In this document: in pieces, positions 1 through 15,000 of the stretch
How the letters are laid out: every line of letters starts with the position of its first letter
Numbering within the stretch: the stretch's first letter is position 1
Origin: Cenarchaeum sp.
Lineage (GTDB): Archaea > Thermoproteota > Nitrososphaeria > Nitrososphaerales > Nitrosopumilaceae
Length of the DNA stretch: 64,000 bases
Direction of reading: 5' to 3'
NCBI GenBank assembly: GCA_963693095.2
Contig: OY843768.1
Coordinates: forward strand, 64,001 to 128,000
Program-made: the position numbers and the translations under genes
The notes under the pieces: generated by a model
Told to the model about the DNA's origin: nothing
Databases searched by the model: none
Seen by the model: the letters and a program-made list of their open reading frames with translations, nothing else

Positions 1-17
1 TCAACTGGCTCTTTGAC

Positions 18-3000
18 GTGACTGATGGCACGCCTGGCGCGACGCCTGTGACTGTCCGGCCCACGACAATAGCGCTGAATTCGGATTCCGTGACACTCCT
101 CCTTGGCATCACGCGCGCCGACCTCGACTCGGCAACAGTTGATGCCTACTATGCGGTTCGCAGCCAGGCCGAGCCCACGTTCCTTGACCTCGCCGGCAAC
201 GCAGTCAGCCAGGCCGAGTCGCCCTCGGTGATGGAGAATGAACCGACGTTTACGGCCAGGACTGCCAGCTCGACGCGCATAGACGTCACGTTTGACAGGG
301 CAGTCAGGACAATGGAGGGAGCCCTCGCGCAGGCCTCGGACTGGCGCGTGTACCCCGATGCGTCATCATCAGACCATGTCGTCCCCACACTGGTGTCTGC
401 CCCCTCTGGCCAGAGCCTCGCCGCCGGCGGGACTGGCACGACCCTGCTATCGCTCGCCTTGGCCCCCGGCGATGCGCTTGACACGGATGTCACGCCGCGC
501 ATCGAGTATGTTGCCACGCCGCCGACGCTCGAGGGCGTCGTGACTGCGACGATCCTCGTTACGCATCCTCTTCGCGCCGGCACGGACGCGACTGCGCTCG
601 ATGGCGCGCCACCACAGCCGGCCTCGGCGACCACAAACTCGCCCGAGCAGACAACTGTCACGTTTAGCGAGCCGGTGAACTTTGCCGGCAACAGTTTCAT
701 AGTCCGCATGGCGCACTGGGCAATCGACGAGAGCGTGGGCGGCCTGACACAGCGGAGAGCCGTCACGTCAGTCACGCCACACGCGACTGACACAGAATCG
801 CTGGTTCTCGCCCACGGGACACTCGAGTCGACGAGCGTCAGGCCGCGCATCACGTACATTGCGGGCAATGATGATGACGGAAGGATCGTGGATCGCGCAG
901 TTGATGCTGCCGGCATGCCAAGCCCAAACGAGCTTGACGTGGACAGGTTCGTGGTGGCCGAGGACGGCACCTCGCCTGCCGCAGCATGCCTCTCGGTGGC
1001 AGTTATCAGGGACGGCTCGGAGCGCACGGGCCCGTTTGCGCAGTACGCGCGAGCCGGCGACAGGATACAGGTCGGCCTCGCCCTAGTCGAGGCCGTTCCG
1101 CGCCTCACGCCGCCGACGGTGAGGTTCATGGGCGGCGACGACGTGACGGTGATGGCCCACGGGAGCGCGGGGTCGTTTTGCACCGCCACGTTTGCGCAGG
1201 CGTGGGCCGCCGAGCACACCATACCTGACTATGAGACGGATCCCGCCGAGTTTGCGTTTGTCGTCACTGGTGCTGACCCACGGGGCAACACGTTCACATT
1301 CATGCAGGACTCACTTGACACGGCCAATGTCATTATAGACACCGATGCGCCGGGCCTTGACGGCAGTGCCGCCGACGCGCTGCGCATGGACCAGGTGGAG
1401 GCCGGCGCGCGGGTCGACGGGCCAAACCGCCTTCCGGCGCGCGTCGGCTCGGAGGTTCGCGTTGTGGCCACAGCAGACGAGCCACTCGACACGCTAGCCG
1501 GCGACATGGCCCTCTTTGGCGGCGCGCGGCTCTCGACGTCAGTTGCGGCCGTGGCCGGAGTGTCGCCGAACACGCACGCCTGGTCGACGACCCTGCGCAC
1601 CGGCGATCCCGAGGGCCCTGCCGAGTTTACGCTCATCCTGCGCGATCGCGCCTCCAACACGATAACGCTGACAGAGGCCGACCTGACCGTCAACTCGCTG
1701 GACTCGTCACGGGGACATCGCGTCACAGTCGACACGACACCGCCGCGCCTCCTGGCCGCAATGCCCACCTCGCAGTCGATGGCCACGCTCACGTTCAGCG
1801 AGCCCCTCCGCGCCTCGACGGTGAGGGCACCGGCGGCCTTCAGCGTTGCTGCCCCGACCGGCGTGGCGTCACCGACTAGCGTGTATGACACGGACGCCAC
1901 ACCGCTGGATCCCGCCCACGCCGAGGCGACACTCACACGCGGCTCGGGTGTGCTGACGCTGACTGGAGCGACATATGCCAGCGACACGTCAGTCCTCGTC
2001 ACGTTCAGCGAGGATCTCGATGGCACATCAGTCACAGACGGCGCGCTTGTCATCACGGGACCGGCTCCGTCGATGGCGACTCGCGCCATAATGTCGAGCA
2101 GCCCATCGCGCAATGCAGTCACGCTCACGCTGGACTCACCAGGACTTGACACCGATGGAGTCTATGCGGTGCGGGCCCTGGCCGCCTCCTCCTCCCAGGC
2201 AGGCGTGCGCGACACGGCCGGCCTGGCCCTGGCCACTGATGGCACCGTCGAGCTGCGCCGCACGACGGCTGCGCCATCGATTGCCGGTGCGGCGTACATT
2301 GATGACACGTCAGTCTCTGTCACGTTCAGCGAGGGTATCGACGCCTCGTCAGTGAGCGCAGGCGCGTTCTCTGTCACCGGACCGGCGCCGGCTGTGACAG
2401 CTCGCACAGTGACGTCAGCCACACTCGATGCGGCGTCTCCTGCCAACGCGATCCGCAATGTCATCACGCTCGGCCTCGCCGGGCCTGGACTGGACGCTGA
2501 CGGGACGTACACGGTGATGGCCCTGGCCGCCGCGTCGGCCGGTGATCCCGGCGTGCGCGACACGACGGGCACGGCCCTCGCTGGCCTCGGCACTGCCACG
2601 TTCGAGCGCGGTCCGGCACTCACGGCCGCGGCATACGTGAGTGACACGCAGATCACGCTCACATTCAGCGGCCCACTTGATGCCGCAACGCTTGGCGCCG
2701 GGAACTTTGCAGTCACCGGACCGGCGCCGGCTGCGACGCCGCGAACCGTCGCCTCGGCCACGCAGGGCAGCAGCGCCTCGGCCAACACCGTCACGCTCAC
2801 GCTCTCTGGCGCCGGCATGGAGACTGATGGCGTCTATACGGCCACGGCCTCGCCGCGCGTGGCCGGCACCGGCGGCGTGCCGCTCAACGCCGACCTTCGC
2901 GCCTCCACGCTGGGCAGGGACACAAGTGCCCCCACGCTAGTCAGCGCCGAGCATCTTGGCGACACGCTGATTCGCCTGACGTTCAGCGAGGGCATCGACG

Positions 3001-6000
3001 CCGCATCAGTGGGCGCAAATGCGTTCATGGTTGTCGGACCGTCGCCGATGTCGACAGTTCTCACCGTGACGTCGGCCACACTCGATGCGGCATCTGCTGC
3101 CAACGCGCACCAGACTGTCGTCACGCTCACGCTCGCCTCTCCTGGACTGGACGCCGACGGCACGTACCTGGTGACTACCCTGGCCGCCGCGTCTGCCGGT
3201 GATCCCGGCGTGCGCGACACGACGGGCACGGCACTCTCGACGGTCGGCACGGCGTTTGCCCTGCGCACCCAGGCGGCGCCGCGCCTCCTCGGCGCCGAGT
3301 ATGTGAGCGGGACGTCTGCGACACTCACGTTTAGCGCCGAGCCCGGTGCTGCGCTGGCAGTGCCTGCGACATTTACCGTCACCGGACCGGCACCGGCCAC
3401 GACACCGCGCACCGTCGCATCGGCCATGCAGGGCAGCGGCGCCTCGGCCAACACGCTCACGCTCACGTTTGCGAGCCCCGGACTTGATGCAGAGGGCACA
3501 TACACGCTTCGCGCGTCTGGTTCGGCCACGCTCATAGATCCTGCCCATGCCGAGGCGATGATTGTGCGCGACACCGTCGCGCCGACGCTCATAGGCGCCA
3601 CATACCTGAATGACGCGTCGATTCGCCTGACGTTCAGCGAGGGCCTTGATGCGCATACCGTCCTGGCATCAGCCTTTGCCGTCACCGGTCCGGCTCCGGG
3701 CGAGGACGGCATAGGGGTCGTCGGCGCGACACTTGACGCGGCGCCTGCGTCCAACGCGCAGAGGACCACTGTCACGCTCACACTCGCGCCGCCGGGACTG
3801 GACGCTGACGGGACGTACACGGTGACTGCCCTGGCCTCCGAACACCCTGGTGATCCCGGCGTGCGCGACACGACAGGGACCGCACTCGAGTCAGCCGCGC
3901 AGGGCACTGTGGTGAGAACCATGACCTCACCGCGCCTCCTTGGCGCCTCATACGTGAGTGACACGTCGATCACACTAGAGTTCAGCGAGAGCCTTGATGC
4001 GGCCTCGGTGAGCGGCGCGGCCTTTGCGGTCTCCGGCCCGCTGCACTCTAGCGCGTCGTTGCCGGTGGACTCGGCGACGCTGGATACTGCCGCCCCGGAC
4101 GGCTCGCGCCGCACCGTCACGCTCACGCTCGCCTCGCCGGGACTTGACACTGATGGCACGTACACAATAACAGCATCGGCGATCATGGCGTCATATTCAG
4201 AGGGTTCGCGCGAGGCGCGCATTTTGCTCAGCCCTGACCTTGGCATGGGCGTGTACACGATCACGCCGCCGGCGACTGTCGCAGACATTGCGGGCAACGT
4301 GCCGGCGGCGTATGGCGCCGGCGAGATCCACTATGAAGATGTCGCCTCGACAGTCACCGTGATGACGCGCGTCCTAGTCGACGGCGAGCTCGTCGCGGCC
4401 GACGCAAAGGCCGGCGCGACGCTTGTCATCGTGCTAGAGGCTGATGAGCCCATATCCGTGGTCAGCGCATCGCTCCTTGGCGACGCGGCCCTCCCGCCCA
4501 CGTCGATCGTGGGCGAGGGCACGTCGTGGCAGATACGCCGGACGATAGCAGACGGTGACGCCGAGGGTCCAGTCGAGTTTGCGATCACGGTTCGTGACAC
4601 GGCCCTCGTGCCAAACGAGACGATGCTGACGCACGAGGACATTGCCGACGGCGAGCATCATGTCGAGATCGACACGACGCCCCTGACGTTTACGGCAGTC
4701 ACAAGGCCCGGACCATGGCCAATTCCGGCATCTAGGACAGCAGCCAGTGTTCCGCCTGATGCAACGAGAACCATAGTGACGATCAGCGAGGCACTCCAGC
4801 CCTCTGTCGACGTGGGAATGTCAATCGACACGAACAAGTGGATTCTCCTTGACAATCCTTTCTCCTTTCAATCGCCGACGGCAACCTCGACTAGACTGCC
4901 AACCGTTGGCGGAACCCTCCTCGTTTCAAGTGCGACGGTTCTCACGCTGGGTGACTCGCCGACAATAGAGCTGATTCACCCCCCATCTTTTGGAACGCAT
5001 CAACCCATTGTGACCTATCATCCAGAGGCCGGCGACGCGCCGCCTCTTTTGCTCGACACCGCACTTAACGGCCCGTCCCTCCGTGATTTGATGGGCAGCG
5101 GCCTTGTTCATTTTGAGGACGTGGCCTGGACTGTCTCTGCTGATGAGGTTCCGCCATACCTTTATGCCTTTATCCGAGATGACAACACAATACTGTGGCT
5201 TGCGACCGAGTATATAGAACGGCCACCCCCTCAATCCATCTGCGACACACCCCGCACGACATGCACCAATCCTGCCTTGCTTGCCTATGAGGACTGGACA
5301 ATCGAGCTCGTCGATCACCACTCCCACGACACGCCGGCGCGCCACGTGGCTCACTTTCACCCTGACAGGAGCGCCTCCTTTAGTGGTATAGGTTTGGATC
5401 AAGGCATCCCCAACACAGGGTCAAGTTCCTTCAGTTATGTATACCCGGAGGGCGCTATGAGGTCGCAGGACTTTGTCTACTTTACATACTCGCCCCCGGA
5501 GCAAGGTGCTTTTGAGCACCCTTCGTCGTGGTGGGATCGTTCAGGCAACTACATGGAGGCACAGACATGGCTAGTTGGCCGTAACGTGGCTCCCGGCGCA
5601 GCCGAACTTGGGCTCACCGTCCTGCGTGATGACACTGATGACGGCATGGAGAACTATGTCGCTCGCACGGGGCCGTTTGCGTCGTATGCGCGAGCCGGCG
5701 ACAGGATTGCCATAGATCTCGTGCTGGATGGGTCGCCTAGCCGACAAGTCCGGCCAACGATGTCGTTCTTTGGCGGCGTGACGTGGTCTGCTGCGCCACT
5801 AGAGACCCGAAATGACCAAGGGCAAATCAGCGCGGAAACCAACCCATTCCCCTTGTGGTCCGGACCTGAGCCGGGACTCAGAGTCGACAACAGGATTCCG
5901 ATGGTGGCCTTGCTGGAGCTCAGGGAGTGGTCTGGCACGCTCAACGTCTCGGACGGGCGGCCAAGCACGGAGGGCCGCGTGCCCTTTGCGATAGGCGTCA

Positions 6001-9000
6001 CAGGCATCGGGGGCGCGAGTCGCACGATTGCCAACGACGCCATCACTGATGACTCGTTCGCCGAGATCGACCTTACGCCGCCATCGAGGCCGATCGCGGC
6101 GTTTGGGGCCGGCGGGAGGACCATAGTGCTCTCCTTTGATGAGCCCCTGGACTTTTCGCGCGCGGCCTCGGCGTTTGGCGTGGCAGTCGAGGATACGCCA
6201 GTGGCCCTTGATGCTGATACGCCGCCGGCATATGACGCCGTGACGCAGAGCGTGACGATATCCCTCGAGGAGGCAGCCAGCGACGGGATTTACACCGTGA
6301 GCATATCAAGGGACCTGACTGACAGGGCGACGAACGCGTACGTCGACGGCGACGTTATGCTCAGCATTGACACGAACGCGCCGACTGCGTCAAACGCGAG
6401 GTTCTCTGATGCGGCAACGATCCTGTTTGACGTGAGCGAGCCGCTTGATGACTCGACGCTCAACAATGGCAACGTTTCTGTCGTGACCGTCTCGGATCTC
6501 AATGCGCTCTCCTCCGGGAGAGCCGGCCTTGTCGTGTCAGTTGCCACGGAGTTCAGGGCAACAGAGGGCCAGACCGTCACAGTCGGCATACCGGCTGCGG
6601 TGACGGACTCTTCAGGGCGCGCCTTTGTGCCAACAGAGCTCGAGGCAACATACGGGGGCGATCCGCCCGAGCTGATTCGTGCCGCGTACGTTTCTGACAC
6701 GTCGGTTCGCCTGACGTTCAACGAGGATCTCCTTGCGACATCAGTCACGCCGACTGCGTTTAGCGCAATGGGTCCGGCAAGGGACTCCGAAGCGCTCCGA
6801 GTCGTTGGCGCAACACCTGTCGCCGGCTCTCCGGCCTCCACGATGGTCATGCTAGAGTCACCGGGCATGGATTCTGACGGGACGTACACGTTCACTGCGA
6901 TCGCCGCCATGGACGAGACGGCCGTCGGGGTTCGTGATGCCATCCGCCTGCCACTTGCGGTGGCAGCCACTGCTGACGTTATGCGCAATCCTCTCTCGCC
7001 TTCGATCGAGTCGGCCGCATATGTCAGCAACACGGGGATCACAGTCACGATCACCGAGGACGTCAGTGCTGCCACAGTCAGGCCTGCAGCCTTTACGCTC
7101 ACAGGCCCAAAACCGTCAACAGAGGCACGCGACATAATGACTGCGACGCTCAATTCGGAGGCTGCCGAAGGGGAGCGAAGGGTCATAACGCTTGGTCTAG
7201 TGTCACCAGGCATGATATTTGACGGCATATACGAGCTCACCGCACTCGAGGCCGCCGCCGACGGTGATGCCGGACTGCGTGACCTAGTAGACACGCCAGT
7301 ATCGCCTCCAGACAAGGTTGACATCACCCGCTCGGAGGACGACCTGACGCTCGTCTCGGCGGCGCGCGTCGACGACACCACGATCGACGTCACGTTCAGC
7401 GAGGGCATCGCCTCGGACTCGATCGCGCCGGCGGCCTTTGAGCTGCACGGCCCGAGGCCCTCGGGCCAGCCCGACGGCGTCAACGGCGCCGAGATCGGCA
7501 TCACGGGCGCCGCGCTCCGCACGACGGACAACGCGCGCTCGGAGGTCGTCAGGCTCACGCTGGCCGCCGGCGCGGGGCTCATGCACGACGGCGTGTACAC
7601 GGTCACGGCGCTCGAGGACGACGCGGACGACGACGGCGTGCGCTCCGTGACGGGCGAGGCCCTGGACGACGACGAGACGGCCGAGTTCACCCGCTCGGAG
7701 GACGACCTGACGCTCGTCTCGGCGGCGCGCGTCGACGACACCACGATCGACGTCACGTTCAGCGAGGGCATCGCCTCGGACTCGATCGCGCCGGCGGCCT
7801 TTGAGCTGCACGGCCCGAGGCCCTCGGGCCAGCCCGACGGCGTCAACGGCGCCGAGATCGGCATCACGGGCGCCGCGCTCCGCACGACGGACAACGCGCG
7901 CTCGGAGGTCGTCAGGCTCACGCTGGCCGCCGGCGCGGGGCTCATGCACGACGGCGTGTACACGGTCACGGCGCTCGAGGACGACGCGGACGACGACGGC
8001 GTGCGCTCCGTGACGGGCGAGGCCCTGGACGACGACGAGACGGCCGAGTTCACCCGCTCGGAGGACGACCTGACGCTCGTCTCGGCGGCGCGCGTCGACG
8101 ACACCACGATCGACGTCACGTTCAGCGAGGGCATCGCCTCGGACTCGATCGCGCCGGCGGCCTTTGAGCTGCACGGCCCGAGGCCCTCGGGCCAGCCCGA
8201 CGGCGTCAACGGCGCCGAGATCGGCATCACGGGCGCCGCGCTCCGCACGACGGACAACGCGCGCTCGGAGGTCGTCAGGCTCACGCTGGCCGCCGGCGCG
8301 GGGCTCATGCACGACGGCGTGTACACGGTCACGGCGCTCGAGGACGACGCGGACGACGACGGCGTGCGCTCCGTGACGGGCATGGCCCTGGACGACGACG
8401 AGACGGCCGAGTTCACCCGCTCGGAGGACGACCTGACGCTCGTCTCGGCGGCGCGCGTCGACGACACCACGATCGACGTCACGTTCAGCGAGGGCATCGC
8501 CTCGGACTCGATCGCGCCGGCGGCCTTTGAGCTGCACGGCCCGAGGCCCTCGGGCCAGCCCGACGGCGTCAACGGCGCCGAGATCGGCATCACGGGCGCC
8601 GCGCTCCGCACGACGGACAACGCGCGCTCGGAGGTCGTCAGGCTCACGCTGGCCGCCGGCGCGGGGCTCATGCACGACGGCGTGTACACGGTCACGGCGC
8701 TCGAGGACGACGCGGACGACGACGGCGTGCGCTCCGTGACGGGCGAGGCCCTGGACGACGACGAGACGGCCGAGTTCACCCGCTCGGAGGACGACCTGAC
8801 GCTCGTCTCGGCGGCGCGCGTCGACGACACCACGATCGACGTCACGTTCAGCGAGGGCATCGCCTCGGACTCGATCGCGCCGGCGGCCTTTGAGCTGCAC
8901 GGCCCGAGGCCCTCGGGCCAGCCCGACGGCGTCAACGGCGCCGAGATCGGCATCACGGGCGCCGCGCTCCGCACGACGGACAACGCGCGCTCGGAGGTCG

Positions 9001-12000
9001 TCAGGCTCACGCTGGCCGCCGGCGCGGGGCTCATGCACGACGGCGTGTACACGGTCACGGCGCTCGAGGACGACGCGGACGACGACGGCGTGCGCTCCGT
9101 GACGGGCATGGCCCTGGACGACGACGAGACGGCCGAGTTCACCCGCTCGGAGGACGACCTGACGCTCGTCTCGGCGGCGCGCGTCGACGACACCACGATC
9201 GACGTCACGTTCAGCGAGGGCATCGCCTCGGACTCGATCGCGCCGGCGGCCTTTGAGCTGCACGGCCCGAGGCCCTCGGGCCAGCCCGACGGCGTCAACG
9301 GCGCCGAGATCGGCATCACGGGCGCCGCGCTCCGCACGACGGACAACGCGCGCTCGGAGGTCGTCAGGCTCACGCTGGCCGCCGGCGCGGGGCTCATGCA
9401 CGACGGCGTGTACACGGTCACGGCGCTCGAGGACGACGCGGACGACGACGGCGTGCGCTCCGTGACGGGCATGGCCCTGGACGACGACGAGACGGCCGAG
9501 TTCACCCGCTCGGAGGACGACCTGACGCTCGTCTCGGCGGCGCGCGTCGACGACACCACGATCGACGTCACGTTCAGCGAGGGCATCGCCTCGGACTCGA
9601 TCGCGCCGGCGGCCTTTGAGCTGCACGGCCCGAGGCCCTCGGGCCAGCCCGACGGCGTCAACGGCGCCGAGATCGGCATCACGGGCGCCGCGCTCCGCAC
9701 GACGGACAACGCGCGCTCGGAGGTCGTCAGGCTCACGCTGGCCGCCGGCGCGGGGCTCATGCACGACGGCGTGTACACGGTCACGGCGCTCGAGGACGAC
9801 GCGGACGACGACGGCGTGCGCTCCGTGACGGGCGAGGCCCTGGACGACGACGAGACGGCCGAGTTCACCCGCTCGGAGGACGACCTGACGCTCGTCTCGG
9901 CGGCGCGCGTCGACGACACCACGATCGACGTCACGTTCAGCGAGGGCATCGCCTCGGACTCGATCGCGCCGGCGGCCTTTGAGCTGCACGGCCCGAGGCC
10001 CTCGGGCCAGCCCGACGGCGTCAACGGCGCCGAGATCGGCATCACGGGCGCCGCGCTCCGCACGACGGACAACGCGCGCTCGGAGGTCGTCAGGCTCACG
10101 CTGGCCGCCGGCGCGGGGCTCATGCACGACGGCGTGTACACGGTCACGGCGCTCGAGGACGACGCGGACGACGACGGCGTGCGCTCCGTGACGGGCGAGG
10201 CCCTGGACGACGACGAGACGGCCGAGTTCACCCGCTCGGAGGACGACCTGACGCTCGTCTCGGCGGCGCGCGTCGACGACACCACGATCGACGTCACGTT
10301 CAGCGAGGGCATCGCCTCGGACTCGATCGCGCCGGCGGCCTTTGAGCTGCACGGCCCGAGGCCCTCGGGCCAGCCCGACGGCGTCAACGGCGCCGAGATC
10401 GGCATCACGGGCGCCGCGCTCCGCACGACGGACAACGCGCGCTCGGAGGTCGTCAGGCTCACGCTGGCCGCCGGCGCGGGGCTAATGCACGACGGCGTGT
10501 ACACGGTCACGGCGCTCGAGGACGACGCGGACGACGACGGCGTGCGCTCCGTGACGGGCGAGGCCCTGGACGACGACGAGACGGCCGAGTTCACCCGCTC
10601 GGAGGACGACCTGACGCTCGTCTCGGCGGCGCGCGTCGACGACACCACGATCGACGTCACGTTCAGCGAGGGCATCGCCTCGGACTCGATCGCGCCGGCG
10701 GCCTTTGAGCTGCACGGCCCGAGGCCCTCGGGCCAGCCCGACGGCGTCAACGGCGCCGAGATCGGCATCACGGGCGCCGCGCTCCGCACGACGGACAACG
10801 CGCGCTCGGAGGTCGTCAGGCTCACGCTGGCCGCCGGCGCGGGGCTAATGCACGACGGCGTGTACACGGTCACGGCGCTCGAGGACGACGCGGACGACGA
10901 CGGCGTGCGCTCCGTGACGGGCGAGGCCCTGGACGACGACGAGACGGCCGAGTTCACCCGCTCGGAGGACGACCTGACGCTCGTCTCGGCGGCGCGCGTC
11001 GACGACACCACGATCGACGTCACGTTCAGCGAGGGCATCGCCTCGGACTCGATCGCGCCGGCGGCCTTTGAGCTGCACGGCCCGAGGCCCTCGGGCCAGC
11101 CCGACGGCGTCAACGGCGCCGAGATCGGCATCACGGGCGCCGCGCTCCGCACGACGGACAACGCGCGCTCGGAGGTCGTCAGGCTCACGCTGGCCGCCGG
11201 CGCGGGGCTCATGCACGACGGCGTGTACACGGTCACGGCGCTCGAGGACGACGCGGACGACGACGGCGTGCGCTCCGTGACGGGCGAGGCCCTGGACGAC
11301 GACGAGACGGCCGAGTTCACCCGCTCGGAGGACGACCTGACGCTCGTCTCGGCGGCGCGCGTCGACGACACCACGATCGACGTCACGTTCAGCGAGGGCA
11401 TCGCCTCGGACTCGATCGCGCCGGCGGCCTTTGAGCTGCACGGCCCGAGGCCCTCGGGCCAGCCCGACGGCGTCAACGGCGCCGAGATCGGCATCACGGG
11501 CGCCGCGCTCCGCACGACGGACAACGCGCGCTCGGAGGTCGTCAGGCTCACGCTGGCCGCCGGCGCGGGGCTAATGCACGACGGCGTGTACACGGTCACG
11601 GCGCTCGAGGACGACGCGGACGACGACGGCGTGCGCTCCGTGACGGGCGAGGCCCTGGACGACGACGAGACGGCCGAGTTCACCCGCTCGGAGGACGACC
11701 TGACGCTCGTCTCGGCGGCGCGCGTCGACGACACCACGATCGACGTCACGTTCAGCGAGGGCATCGCCTCGGACTCGATCGCGCCGGCGGCCTTTGAGCT
11801 GCACGGCCCGAGGCCCTCGGGCCAGCCCGACGGCGTCAACGGCGCCGAGATCGGCATCACGGGCGCCGCGCTCCGCACGACGGACAACGCGCGCTCGGAG
11901 GTCGTCAGGCTCACGCTGGCCGCCGGCGCGGGGCTCATGCACGACGGCGTGTACACGGTCACGGCGCTCGAGGACGACGCGGACGACGACGGCGTGCGCT

Positions 12001-15000
12001 CCGTGACGGGCATGGCCCTGGACGACGACGAGACGGCCGAGTTCACCCGCTCGGAGGACGACCTGACGCTCGTCTCGGCGGCGCGCGTCGACGACACCAC
12101 GATCGACGTCACGTTCAGCGAGGGCATCGCCTCGGACTCGATCGCGCCGGCGGCCTTTGAGCTGCACGGCCCGAGGCCCTCGGGCCAGCCCGACGGCGTC
12201 AACGGCGCCGAGATCGGCATCACGGGCGCCGCGCTCCGCACGACGGACAACGCGCGCTCGGAGGTCGTCAGGCTCACGCTGGCCGCCGGCGCGGGGCTCA
12301 TGCACGACGGCGTGTACACGGTCACGGCGCTCGAGGACGACGCGGACGACGACGGCGTGCGCTCCGTGACGGGCGAGGCCCTGGACGACGACGAGACGGC
12401 CGAGTTCACCCGCTCGGAGGACGACCTGACGCTCGTCTCGGCGGCGCGCGTCGACGACACCACGATCGACGTCACGTTCAGCGAGGGCATCGCCTCGGAC
12501 TCGATCGCGCCGGCGGCCTTTGAGCTGCACGGCCCGAGGCCCTCGGGCCAGCCCGACGGCGTCAACGGCGCCGAGATCGGCATCACGGGCGCCGCGCTCC
12601 GCACGACGGACAACGCGCGCTCGGAGGTCGTCAGGCTCACGCTGGCCGCCGGCGCGGGGCTCATGCACGACGGCGTGTACACGGTCACGGCGCTCGAGGA
12701 CGACGCGGACGACGACGGCGTGCGCTCCGTGACGGGCATGGCCCTGGACGACGACGAGACGGCCGAGTTCACCCGCTCGGAGGACGACCTGACGCTCGTC
12801 TCGGCGGCGCGCGTCGACGACACCACGATCGACGTCACGTTCAGCGAGGGCATCGCCTCGGACTCGATCGCGCCGGCGGCCTTTGAGCTGCACGGCCCGA
12901 GGCCCTCGGGCCAGCCCGACGGCGTCAACGGCGCCGAGATCGGCATCACGGGCGCCGCGCTCCGCACGACGGACAACGCGCGCTCGGAGATCGTCAGGCT
13001 CACGCTGGCCGCCGGCGCGGGGCTCATGCACGACGGCGTGTACACGGTCACGGCGCTCGAGGACGACGCGGACGACGACGGCGTGCGCTCCGTGACGGGC
13101 GAGGCCCTGGACGACGACGAGACGGCCGAGTTCACCCGCTCGGAGGACGACCTGTCGCTCGTCTCGGCGGCGCGCGTCGACGACACCACGATCGACGTCA
13201 CGTTCAGCGAGGGCATCGCCTCGGACTCGATCGCGCCGGCGGCCTTTGAGCTGCACGGCCCGAGGCCCTCGGGCCAGCCCGACGGCGTCAACGGCGCCGA
13301 GATCGGCATCACGGGCGCCGCGCTCCGCACGACGGACAACGCGCGCTCGGAGGTCGTCAGGCTCACGCTGGCCGCCGGCGCGGGGCTCATGCACGACGGC
13401 GTGTACACGGTCACGGCGCTCGAGGACGACGCGGACGACGACGGCGTGCGCTCCGTGACGGGCATGGCCCTGGACGACGACGAGACGGCCGAGTTCACCC
13501 GCTCGGAGGACGACCTGACGCTCGTCTCGGCGGCGCGCGTCGACGACACCACGATCGACGTCACGTTCAGCGAGGGCATCGCCTCGGACTCGATCGCGCC
13601 GGCGGCCTTTGAGCTGCACGGCCCGAGGCCCTCGGGCCAGCCCGACGGCGTCAACGGCGCCGAGATCGGCATCACGGGCGCCGCGCTCCGCACGACGGAC
13701 AACGCGCGCTCGGAGGTCGTCAGGCTCACGCTGGCCGCCGGCGCGGGGCTCATGCACGACGGCGTGTACACGGTCACGGCGCTCGAGGACGACGCGGACG
13801 ACGACGGCGTGCGCTCCGTGACGGGCGAGGCCCTGGACGACGACGAGACGGCCGAGTTCACCCGCTCGGAGGACGACCTGACGCTCGTCTCGGCGGCGCG
13901 CGTCGACGACACCACGATCGACGTCACGTTCAGCGAGGGCATCGCCTCGGACTCGATCGCGCCGGCGGCCTTTGAGCTGCACGGCCCGAGGCCCTCGGGC
14001 CAGCCCGACGGCGTCAACGGCGCCGAGATCGGCATCACGGGCGCCGCGCTCCGCACGACGGACAACGCGCGCTCGGAGGTCGTCAGGCTCACGCTGGCCG
14101 CCGGCGCGGGGCTCATGCACGACGGCGTGTACACGGTCACGGCGCTCGAGGACGACGCGGACGACGACGGCGTGCGCTCCGTGACGGGCGAGGCCCTGGA
14201 CGACGACGAGACGGCCGAGTTCACCCGCTCGGAGGACGACCTGACGCTCGTCTCGGCGGCGCGCGTCGACGACACCACGATCGACGTCACGTTCAGCGAG
14301 GGCATCGCCTCGGACTCGATCGCGCCGGCGGCCTTTGAGCTGCACGGCCCGAGGCCCTCGGGCCAGCCCGACGGCGTCAACGGCGCCGAGATCGGCATCA
14401 CGGGCGCCGCGCTCCGCACGACGGACAACGCGCGCTCGGAGGTCGTCAGGCTCACGCTGGCCGCCGGCGCGGGGCTCATGCACGACGGCGTGTACACGGT
14501 CACGGCGCTCGAGGACGACGCGGACGACGACGGCGTGCGCTCCGTGACGGGCGAGGCCCTGGACGACGACGAGACGGCCGAGTTCACCCGCTCGGAGGAC
14601 GACCTGACGCTCGTCTCGGCGGCGCGCGTCGACGACACCACGATCGACGTCACGTTCAGCGAGGGCATCGCCTCGGACTCGATCGCGCCGGCGGCCTTTG
14701 AGCTGCACGGCCCGAGGCCCTCGGGCCAGCCCGACGGCGTCAACGGCGCCGAGATCGGCATCACGGGCGCCGCGCTCCGCACGACGGACAACGCGCGCTC
14801 GGAGGTCGTCAGGCTCACGCTGGCCGCCGGCGCGGGGCTCATGCACGACGGCGTGTACACGGTCACGGCGCTCGAGGACGACGCGGACGACGACGGCGTG
14901 CGCTCCGTGACGGGCGAGGCCCTGGACGACGACGAGACGGCCGAGTTCACCCGCTCGGAGGACGACCTGACGCTCGTCTCGGCGGCGCGCGTCGACGACA

